This document shows, in pieces, positions 12,874-23,417 of a stretch of DNA of 64,000 nucleotides. Under the pieces are notes generated by a model that worked only from the letters and a program-made list of their open reading frames with translations, ran no database searches and was not told the DNA's origin. Each line of letters starts with the position of its first letter. Positions within the stretch are counted from its first letter, which is position 1. The position numbers and the translations under genes were made by a program. Source of the stretch: Amphiscolops sp. MND2022 (Eukaryota); NCBI GenBank assembly GCA_964187785.1, contig OZ076410.1, positions 14,880,001-14,944,000 on the forward strand, given 5' to 3'.

Positions 12874-15772
12874 TGACTAATATCTCTACTTTTCAGATGA
12901 GTTTTTATGGCTGGCGGCTGGATGCAGGAATAGAGAGCAGCCAAGATTTCGGAGCATGGATCACAAACCTCAGATTAGTTCTCTTTTTCTTATTCAAAAA
13001 CACAACCATATAATTCTCAAAATAAAGTCAGCACTGATGTTTTTGTATTGATAAGTATTATTATAGTTATTTGTTTAAAGATGCTGATCAAATAGTTCTA
13101 TCATAAGTAAAATAGTTTTAAGGTCAAATATTTAAGAATTCTTTCAATCAGTTCATATGTCCTCAACATGAGATTGTTTCAGCTATGTAATACTTCCTCT
13201 CATCGAAAAACTTCCGTTCTGGAAAAGAGCCACCATACAGTCTGAGGAGTAGTGTAGTGAAGATTAGAAGCTGAAATTGCCAATTGAGTAGTCCATTTCC
13301 AATAAGTCCATTGAAACAGCCCTAGAGAAAAGTTTTGGAGAGCAGCACAAGTCCCAGTTTCATGTAGTTGTGATAAAGTTGTATATTTCATCCAGTTCAG
13401 TTGAACATTGTAGAGCCAAAGATTACTGCATTTATAGTTTACATATACTGCAGAAGAAAATCTATGAAAGGATTTGTTTTGATCAATCTCAATGATGAAT
13501 GAATGGTTGAGCTGAAGGATCATGAAGTCAGGCATTGATATCGGCATGAGCTGCCTCAATATCACTTTGATCATGAACCGTTTGAGCAGGCCTAACTTGG
13601 GAGTTGCTATGTTGTACTATAATGATGAATGAAGGTTGTTGACTGATTGGCAATCTTTGGTTTGGGTCGTTGCTTGTTCAAGCATTGAACTTGACATTAT
13701 GGGGACTTTTGACTTTGAACGTGAAAGATGATATATTGTTCCAATTTTTTTTGAAATTTATCCTCAGCATAAGAATCGATTGTTTCCAATTTCATCATGG
13801 CTTTAGCTCGCACTCTTTTTTTTGTTTTTATCAAGTAGGGATGGAAACATTCTCTATGCCAAATTGTATCGATGATAAATTTACATGAAAAGCAAGTGCA
13901 AAGCTGTTGAGACAAGAAACACGGTTGTTGTGAGCATGAATGAGACTCGGAATGGAACATATTGATTAAATTTTTTTGCTAATGCTGGTTTCAGAAGTTT
14001 CATTTCGGTTGCATATGGTCTGGCACTGTCGATCATGTGTTTGACTTCACGATTCTTTGGTCCTTTTGCTAACTGTAGCTTTACCTCCATCAATAACTTC
14101 ACTTCTGCATCAGCTTTCGATGTGTAGAACGGTAATTCTTGCAAAGGGGGGACTTCCATAACCAATGAAGCGATAGGATTAGGCAAAGAAACTTGCAATT
14201 TGATTGGTGGAATGTGAGCACAACTCGATAGATCCGACCGAATTTTGATATTGTTGGTCATGATTTGCATTCCACATGCTAAAGTGATGAGACATATGCG
14301 GCATCCGCGAAAAGAAGAGCCCTGAACAGATGAAGATGAAACTTCACGAAGGGTAACGGCGTGAGCGGATTGAATTATTCAAATGCCATAGCCTAAATTT
14401 GTTGCTTGTTTGATGGCTGGCAGTTGTACAATAGTAGTATCACACACTGCAAGAGCCTCCGATGCTGTACTTGAATACAAGGTGGCTAAACAAGACGAGT
14501 GTCCCATCTCTGTTGGAACAGACTCTGAACAGATTCGGTAACGAGATGAGCCGAGACAATGCTCAAACTGTTCAGCAGAGAGGACAGATGACTCCATGTG
14601 ATCCTCCGACAAAGCTAAATATGGAGCTTCGATGTTCCATGTAAGAGCCGACTGGGGATCTTCTGGATATGGCATAGGAATTAATTTTGCTTCATAGACA
14701 GTAAAAACCGTTTGCTTAGATGCTAGCGGGATGTTGAGGGTCATCAAAAGACCGTCGGTAACAGTTATAGCATCTGCTAAGAGCTTAGAATCACTGTAAG
14801 ACAGCAGATCTGACATTGGGATAGCGAGAGATAGTCTATCCTCAGCCGTCGTCTGTTGCATCGCAACACTTCTAGAATTGTCAATAACGACTCCGTCGGT
14901 ACTAAGGACATAGGTAAATGACCTCTAAGTATACCAGGAATCGAGTTCAAGATGTTCATTCGGAATGCAAATAATGCCGCGCGAAAGCTTTTAATACTGG
15001 CATGTATCATGGCGAGAAGTGACGAAAGAGTGTCGAAGTTAAAGTTCAACTGCTGATTTGAAAATAGTAGCTGGTTGCAGTTCCGAAGCACGTGAAATTT
15101 GAGCTCAAAAACATCAAACTGTTGTTGGATACGTGCCCCGTTTTTGTTCTGCGTATCAACAAGTTCCCTTTGGATGTCGTGAAGGGCCGCCATTTCCTTT
15201 TCAACCATAAAAAAAACTTTGTCCGTAGGTGATGTAAACTCGGTTACATACTGGGTTAAAACGTCCTGGAAGTCAGATAGTTTGCGAATGTTCTCGGCAT
15301 TTGCCTTCGCATCGTCTTGACAAGAACCAAAAACGCCTTGTAGTCCACAAGAGTCGGAACTACTGAGAGCCACTCCTCCTCCAAATAGGCCAACTGCAGC
15401 AAAAGCCGCTAGTCCCACTTGGGATCCACGTCGGTGGCGAGTATTCCGCTGCTGTTGAGGAGGGGAGAGAAACAGTGCTGTTTCATTACGTTGTAGAGCA
15501 ACATCGAGTTACGCAGTGTGGATTTCAATTTCTATTTGTTGTAACATCCAGGGGACATTGAACGGCGTGGAAATTGTTGAAAAGTGACTTGAAAAATCCA
15601 AGGGACAAAAATCAGATGGAAGTTCCCACATCGTTGCGAGTTTGGCCATTAAGGCCACAATATCTGGTTTAAGTGCGAAGTCATAAGTAGAAAAGTTTTA
15701 AGGCCAAATATTTAAGAAATCTTTCAATCAGTTCATATGTCTTCAACATAGGATTGTTTCAGCTATGTTACA
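12874..15772 (-). mobile_element. env-only LTR element, copy 2 (env remnant ~13750-15600)
   Basis: Colinear with 7494-10399 at an offset of ~5375 bp; ORFs 14777-15418, 14379-14861 and 13881-14270. Confidence 0.7.
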
Positions 15773-18081
15773 ATTTGTTCGAACAATTTTCAGGTCTGAA
15801 GTTTGGCATGGTGCTGCATGAAGTTCTCCACGCTCATCCATGCAGAATACCAGCTGTTTCTGAAAGTCAATAAGAAGTTCTGATTGGTAGGCACTGTTAC
15901 CAATGTTTTGAATGAATAATAATGCTTGATTTCGCGGCACGCTCTAACATTATACGATTATGAATGTTTTTGTTTTTAAATTTCCTATTTGTTTTTTAGT
16001 CGGCGCTTCATGAAGTGAAACTGACTTTTATAGTGACTTTTTTCCAATCCACACGGACTGACGAAAATAGTTCTTATAAAATTCTACATAAAATTATTGC
16101 ACCAAATTGCATTATTTGGCCTAGCGAACTGAACTATAAAGGTTTTTCCTGTTTTCACGCGTAATATACCATACCAGGCGAGACCAAAAGGTCCCCCTTT
16201 CAATTTTTTTGGCACTGCGATACTTTTTTTGGAAAATTTTTTCCCCAAATGGTCCCCCTTCAATTTTTTTGCTGTTTTGCGACAAAATGGATGTTGAATA
16301 ACCCCAAAGGGTCCCCCTTTTCAGTTTTTCGGCATTGTGAGACTTTTTTAAAAAAATTTTGTTTTTCTCCAAAGGGTCCCCTTCAATTTTTTAAATACTT
16401 TACAACAGAATGGGTGTTTAAAAATCACGAAGGGACAAAAATGTTGACAGTTTCAGACGTGTCCCCCCCCCCGTTTAGCGCGCCACTCGGTCCACTTTTT
16501 TGGTTTTTCGAGTACTGTAAAATGACACTTGGAAGTCTTTTGCTAGATGTTACATTATTGACACAAAACGAAAATTGGCTGAGTTAAGTAATCCGCGGAC
16601 AGCTTTTCTTTGTTCAAAGAAGTGAATGCAAAAGGTCATTATCATTCATTTTGATCAAATTTCATTCAATTGGGACGATCGAATCTTTATTCGAGCACCG
16701 AGTCTAGCAGATCAAAATTCGGGCGCTTCCATTGAAAGTTTCTGAGTGTGCTTTATATCAGAAATTTGTTGCAAACCAATTTTGAAGATTCACGCAGCTG
16801 GTACGATACATTGAAATCCGTCTTAAACATTTATCGAAGTATAATTCATCCTGCATTGGGAAATCCCCTTATGAAATGGTTTACGGAAAAAAATGAGAAC
16901 GAAGTGTACAACTCTTGAAGCAAAGCTTCCATCAAAAGAGTTTGAATAATACAAATCTTTTCCCTGGCCTATCGACGCCGAAACAAAATCATTTCAAAGA
17001 GTTCGAAGTTGGCGGTTGGGTTCGAGTAAAAGACCCGATTCGACAAAAAGGAAAAGTGCATTTCAAGTTCTTCAAGCCACAGAAAATACTTGAACAAACA
17101 AAAACTACGGTTACTCTTGATGATGGGCGAACAAGGAGTTTATCCCAAATTGCTCCTGCCTCAAATAAAAGAACTTAAGATCTCAACTATTTTGATGATC
17201 TCGAGTTGTCTTTTTCGGATATCATGCCTCCGATGTTCCAATAAGACGGTGTCATCTCAGGTATACAACAAAAACAAATGAATTTCAAGCGGGAAAATGA
17301 AAATGTTAACGTATAGTTTAATATGTTCAAAGGGTTCCCACAAATGAATTGTTTTTAAAAGTATGATACGATGGCATTTTTTATGAAATTTTCCTCCACT
17401 TGATGCACTTGATGCTTGTTAAATTGAGGGGACCGTTTTTGACACTATGGAGGCTCTGCAGCTTGCAGCGTTCTGGCACCTAGCTCATCTTTTTCTGACT
17501 GCCCGTGCTCCAACTCGAGCTATTTCCATTTCAAAAGACGCTTTTACCATAAGCCCAGTTCGAACGGTCCGTTTTTGAAGCACTTTCCGGAAGAAAAATG
17601 ATTTTTACACTTGCGATAAGCAAGTGTTATGGGAAAGTGCGGGTGATTTTTTCCCGCGACAACTCTCTCGTTTCAGCCCGCAACCCGCATAGTTCAGGCG
17701 TTCGTGGTCTAGTGGTAAGATGATTGCCTTTCAACCCAGAGGGTTCGTGTTCGAACCTATGTGTATGCGCCATTTTTTAAACAATTTTTCCGTTTCAGAA
17801 GTTTCACTTTTTTGGCACTATGAGACTCCCCTCTTTTTGGCTTTGTGAGGTACGCCACATTGAAATCCGTCTTACAAACTTATCGAAGTATAATTCATCC
17901 TGAATTGAGAAATCCCCTTATGAAATGGTTTACGGAACAAAATGAGGACGAAGTGTACAGCTCTTATAGCAAAGCTTCCATCAAAAGAGTTTAAATAAAA
18001 CAAATATTTTCCCTGGTCTATCGACGCAGAAACAAAATCATTTCAAATAGTTCGAAGTTGGTGGTTTGGTTCGAGTGAAAG

Positions 18082-18582
18082 GAGTGTACGCCTTTGATCT
18101 AATTGCTTGGGTCTAATGGAATTACATCTAACTGTTAGGTCTAACTTTCAGATTTAGTTTTATCTAAAATACCTAGATGTAACCCCTTTATGATCTAATA
18201 TGTGTTCTGAAAGCGCAAATATAATGTGGGGCAAATGCGGTGTATGTACGCTCGCCCTCACCGTCGCAAAGACCAGCTTCTACTACGATCGCTTCGCGAT
18301 CTCCGTTCCCGCTAGGTCTTTGCTCCTGTTCGACCTCGCTCAGCAAGATGGGAATATAGGCGGCCCAAAGAGGCAGCGGGGCACTAGAGGAAATGGGGAC
18401 ATATCCGAGGCACGTTTTATACTTTATATCACTCTTTAGTTTTAGATCCTAATTGACTTTTTTCTCAAATTAGATTAAACTAGAAGAGATTTTTAGACCT
18501 GATTATTTAGATCAATTTATTCAGATCTCAGTTCTGCCCCCTTTCTTAGATCTATTTCATTAGAACCGATTCCACGTTGCCA
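18082..18582. mobile_element. 501-bp non-coding insertion with a 9-bp TSD inside the Mag integrase fragment
   Basis: GAGTGAAAG at 18073-18081 and 18583-18591; uninterrupted host reads GTTCGAGTAAAAGACCCG near 11650 and 17020. Confidence 0.65.
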
Positions 18583-19974
18583 GAGTGAAAGACGCGATTT
18601 GACAAAAAGGAAAACTGCATTACAAGTTGTTCAAGCCACAGAAAAAACTTAAACCAACAAAAACTACTGTTACACTTGATTATGGGCGAACATGGAGTTT
18701 ATCCGATATTGCTCCTGCCTCAAATGAATGAATTTAAGATCTCAACTATTTTGATTATCTGGAGTTGTCTCCTTCCAATAATACGCAATCGGATAATCAT
18801 GCCTCCGATGTTCCAATAAGACGGTGTCCTCTCGAGTATACAACAAAAACAAATGAATTTCAAGCAAGACAATGAAATGTTAACGTATAGTTTAATATGT
18901 TCATAGGTTCCCACAAAGTAATAGTTAGTGCGGGTGCTTTTTTTCCGCGCGACAACTCTCGTTTCAGCCAGCAAGTCGCATAGTTCAGGCGTTCGTGGTC
19001 TAGTGGTAAGATGCTTGCCGTTCAACCCAGAGGGTTCGTGTTCGAATCCGTGTGTATGCGCCATTTTCTTTACAAATATTCCAAAGCAGAGGGGCCTCAC
19101 TTTTTCGGCACTATGAGACTCCCCCTTTTTTCGGCTTTGTGAGACTTTCGAAAGTTTTTAATGTCCTCAAAAGATCCTCCCTTCAATTTTTCTGATATTT
19201 TGCAACTGAACGAATGTTTAAAAATCCTAAAGGGTCCCTTCTTTCATATTTTTGGCACTATGACACGTAAAAAACCTCAATTTTCGTTTTCGAAAAGTTT
19301 CCAAAGTCTCAAGGGTTCCCATTTGATTTTTTGCAACAGAATGGATGTTAAAAAATCTCAAAGGCCCCCCCTTTACAGTTTTCGGCATTTTGAGATTTTT
19401 CAAAATGAACAATTTTTGACTCAAAGTTAGGTTTCTCAGGCCCAGCACGCCATGTCCGATTTTTGTGCGACTTTTTTCTAATTTGTTTTCATCGAACCTC
19501 CTCAATTTTTACTAGCCTCATTTTTTACTAGGAACGAACCGTTTTGCGAGCATAAAAGATTGCTCAAGGTTTTCGGCACTGTGCGATTTACCGGAGACCT
19601 TCAGTTAAACTTTTTCCAAAAAATGACGATTTTTTTTCTTAAACATTCTGTTTTTTTTCAAAAAAAATTGTTTTTGGTTGAGAAAGATGGGTTTCCAGTT
19701 AAAAAAGAATAGTTTTAGAGATCTATGGGTATCTCTTCGGGTATTTTTGGCGCTGTAAAATTGATGAAGTTTTAACAATAATTTCTTTTTACGCTTGGTT
19801 CTCCGTATGATGTTTTTTTTGGTTTTATTCAAAAATTTGTGTGGTCGAATAACAAAAGACGACTGATTTGAATGAAGGTTAAATTAATAATGAATGAATG
19901 ATAAGAAATCAACTCTATTTATATCAAATCATTGTCCCAAAGGGCAGGATTACATTCTAAACGGTACTATTAAA

Positions 19975-20090
19975 CCTTTCCTTTTGGACGGTACCTTTCC
20001 TTTTCGCCGTTCCTTTTGGACGGTACCTTTCCTTTTGACCGGTCCTTTTGAACGGTACCTTTCCTTTTGGCCGTTCCTTTTGGACGGTTG
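19975..20090. repeat. ~32-bp tandem repeats (CCTTTTGGACGGTACCTTTCCTTTTCGCCGTT) in the LTR U3
   Basis: Three GGTACC-containing units here; two units in the copy at ~36895-36972. Confidence 0.8.
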
Positions 20091-20096
20091 CACTGC

Positions 20097-21026
20097 TTAT
20101 GGGGAAGCATTTTCCGATATCAGTGAAGCAAAGTAATCGGTGTCGTTTACAGTTTGTCGAAACCGAAGCATCAAATTAGCAAGTGTTGTCTGCTTGGCCA
20201 GGTCTTTCACCTTTTTCGCAAAAACCTTGACTCTTTTCCGCAATGTTGACCTCGGAATGTCCATTATTTGCGCCACTAACCAAGGACGGTAAACCAACAC
20301 TGCAGCATAAGTAGCTCGGGTCATGTAATTTGGCTTGTCGTTTGCTTCAATCTGGTCGTACTTCAAACCAGCGAAACGTCCCATGGCTCGGCACATATTG
20401 TTGATCTCAAAACCTGTCATGCCACTCTTTCGTGAAATAACCCAATTACCAAATTTGGCTCCTGGAGGCACTTTTTTGGCTAAACCTTCACTTTGAAAGG
20501 GAAGGTTGATGTCATCAATCTCCGGCGTAAGGTCACGGATTTGATCGTCGACCTCGTTGACATCGTCTAATTTGCTTATCTGCGATGTGGACAAGCTGGC
20601 CAGCTTATTCAACGGTACCAGGTTGTTGTGCCACTCGTTAGCTGGGGGTCGTGCCAATTCTTTGGCTGCCGAGGACCGTTCTTTCTTGCCGTCCCTTTTC
20701 TTCTGCGGCCTTTTGAGTGGTGGTTCTTCATCGGTCTCGGACGAACTGCTGCTCGAATCTGAAGAGCTGGATAAGTGGTGTTCACGCTGTTTCTGTGGTG
20801 TTGGGTTGCGGGGAAGTGTTCTAGGTGAAGGATTGAGAATAATTTGCTCGTTGTCCAGTGGCACTTGAGCGAACAACTCAGTTGACTGTGTAATAGCAAC
20901 CATTCCATTCTGCGGCCTAATAGACATCAATGTCAAATTGGCGAGGTTTGGTAACACCCCTCCGAGTTGCATTTTGGCGGCCCTGTAGAGTTGCAGAAGG
21001 GACATTTCGTCTGAGCTGATTTCCAT
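20097..21026 (-). CDS. LTR-embedded 309-aa protein of unknown function with a Ser/acidic tract, basic NLS-like segment and psq-like HTH motif
   Basis: Uninterrupted ORF, in-frame upstream stop, ATG context GAAATGG; KRPQKKRDGKKER; LVAQIMDIPRSTLRKRVK. Confidence 0.7.
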   Translation of the reverse strand: MEISSDEMSLLQLYRAAKMQLGGVLPNLANLTLMSIRPQNGMVAITQSTELFAQVPLDNEQIILNPSPRTLPRNPTPQKQREHHLSSSSDSSSSSSETDEEPPLKRPQKKRDGKKERSSAAKELARPPANEWHNNLVPLNKLASLSTSQISKLDDVNEVDDQIRDLTPEIDDINLPFQSEGLAKKVPPGAKFGNWVISRKSGMTGFEINNMCRAMGRFAGLKYDQIEANDKPNYMTRATYAAVLVYRPWLVAQIMDIPRSTLRKRVKVFAKKVKDLAKQTTLANLMLRFRQTVNDTDYFASLISENASP

Positions 21027-21368
21027 TTCTGCCGACCGTTTGGTGCTGTTTTTTGAAGAGAAGTGATTCTATGGGTTGGAAACGATCCTTTGTGTCGTTT
21101 TGAAGCGTGGTCACGTTTCTGACTTCTGATGACTTCTGAAATGACTAATATGAGTCATCATACTACTACGTAATTACGTAATCATGATAAGTCGCCTCAA
21201 CGCATTGTTGTCCATCAATCAAACAGCTTGAATTATACGTTTAATATAATGTGTTATCCAAAAAAATAAAGAATAGGTGACTAAAATTGGAATCGAAATC
21301 TTTTTTCCGATATCCAGTGTGGGTAGGTTACAGAGGTCCCCCATAAAACTACGGAGTGTTGACATATA

Positions 21369-22585
21369 TCATGCGAATGAAACGGTTTTCTGTACTCGTT
21401 GTTCCCTGCAAGTAGGACAAAACCACTTGCCTTGAGGAGGTTTGTAAACTCCTACACACGGAAAATGAAACCATTGTATGACACAATAAGGACCGTCACA
21501 GCCGATCATATCGGTTAAAAGGTCCCCCACAAGTACAAAAGGACCCATTGTCCTCTGACAATTTTGGCACAGTTGGTTTGATATGTGGCTCTGATGGAAG
21601 GTAGCAAGGTTTAACTCTGGTTAAACTCACTCGGGTAGGGCCGTTCGTGCATTGTATCAACATTGTTTTATCATTGCGTTCCAGAACAGGAAAAGGACTA
21701 CTATAGGGTGCCTCCAAGGGACGCCTGGTACGAACAACTTGTAGCCAAACATGACTGCACTCCTGAAGGTCCCGAGGAACATATTGCCAGAATTCTATGA
21801 CTGAATGAAACGACCGGTAAAGCTTGAGTCCACAGTGAAGGTGAGGCTGCTAAAAAAGCTTTTAATGTTCGATGGTACCTTTCAATTTTACCATATTTTA
21901 AATTCGGCGAACAAATCAGATTCGAACAGGCGTCCTTGATCGGTAGTAATGTAGAGTGGGACTCCGAACCGCGAAAACCAAGTAGAAATAATGGTTTCAG
22001 CCACGACTTCTGCGGTGATAGAACTAATGGGAGTAGCTTCTATCCAGTTTGTTGATCGATCGATGAAGGAAAGAATTTATCTATTCGGGCAATTCGACAC
22101 TGCAGGCAGAGGACCTACTATGTCCAAATGTAAATACTGGAAACGGGCTGGATAACCTGTGGTTGATGCAGGAGAAGTTATTGTGTGTCGTGTAACTTTG
22201 CTTTTCTGACAGGGTAAACATTCCTTGCACCAACCCTTCACGTCCGAAGCCAAATGCGGCTAGGTGAAACGTGCTGAAATTAGTTCATTAGTTGCCTTCC
22301 AGTTCGGATGTGACATTTTGTGAAAGTTGAGGAACAATTTTATCCGTAACTCTGGTGGAACTATTGGGCGGGGAATGAGAGTATTATCGCAGAGTAATTT
22401 TATGTCTGGTGGAACAGTAACAATTTTGGTGCCTTGACTGTACACCTGGCACATTTCCTCCTTAAACTCCTGCGTTTGCGTTTGAGCGATTGCCTGTAAA
22501 TCGAAAGGGTCACAAGTTACAGCAGATACAAGTTTCGGCTGTTGTACGCAACTCTCTTCTTCTTCGGGACAAGATAGACAATCAG
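21369..22585 (-). pseudogene. pol: Gypsy integrase (zinc finger, DDE core, GPY/F) with C-terminal ING-type PHD finger; frameshifted
   Basis: HKMSH..CKECLPCQKSK; HLDIVGPLP; [10 protein letters not shown]; [11 protein letters not shown]; [11 protein letters not shown]; APYSSPFPV; PHD at 21408-21540. Confidence 0.85.
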
Positions 22586-23417
22586 TGTAACGGCTGCTTG
22601 ATCCCTTCAATTGACCAAACTTTACGCCGCCCTGAATTCGGTGCTCGGCACTGCGGATCGTTACCGAACACTGCTTGCTTCTTAGATTAAAAGGACTGTA
22701 TCGTGACTTAGTAGGATCCAATGATCCCGAATTGCACTTCTTCCTTGTCTCTTAACACGTCCAACTCTCCACGAGTTGAGAGTAACTAACTTAATCGCCC
22801 TAAGTCTTTGGCGAAAAGTCGAAAAGAGGTGAAGAAATGAATTGAGAATTGAAATGGTCCTGAGACCCAACTTGAATACAGCTTTCCAATCAATTTGTGC
22901 CTATCTAGTTATGGTATACATATCGTTTACAATTATTCGATAAATATGAGTTGAAATATGAAGTATAAATAAATGACATTTAAAGCATAATATGAAGTTA
23001 TTGGCTATGTAAACAAACCATAGTGTGGGTATAGCGTGTTGGTTAGGTGGGCTCTGAAGCATGTTTACACAATGTAAATATCATAAATTTCAACAGAGTT
23101 ACATTTCCTTCAAGGTCAAATTAGAAAGTCATATAATAATTAAATACATCAAAATTGGGTAATTCATGGGGTCCGACCAAGGTCACTTTGGGTGTTAATT
23201 GCTCTGAACCCAGGGGAGATACGGGGTAGGGTGTTTCGAGGGAAAAGTTAGGGTAGCACCACTACTATATGTGTGCCAAGTTTCAAGGTGATTGAATGAG
23301 TGGTTTACCGGGACGGGGGGGTGGTGTTTTATTGGGATGCACCATTTCTGGTGCAACTTGTAATTTTCCAACTCAAATTTTGATAAATTTTCTAAGTGTT
23401 TTGAGTTATAAGTTTCA

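Larger units (their letters stand above)
19838..21332 (-). repeat. Gypsy 3' LTR, long form (1495 bp)
   Basis: TGTAAC..CA termini on minus; both ends match the 270-bp LTR at 36755-37024; TATAAATA at 19916-19923 (minus). Confidence 0.8.

Noticed and set aside
20122-21311. LINE-mediated retrocopy inserted into the LTR with a 12-bp TSD
   Set aside because: No poly(A) tail, and the ORF runs through the junction to its stop; deletion in the short LTR is more parsimonious, though insertion is not excluded.
21510-21525. Programmed ribosomal frameshift giving optional PHD expression
   Set aside because: CCTTTTAAC is not a canonical X XXY YYZ heptamer, the shift is +1, ING spacing fits a 2-nt deletion, and the element has other random frameshifts.
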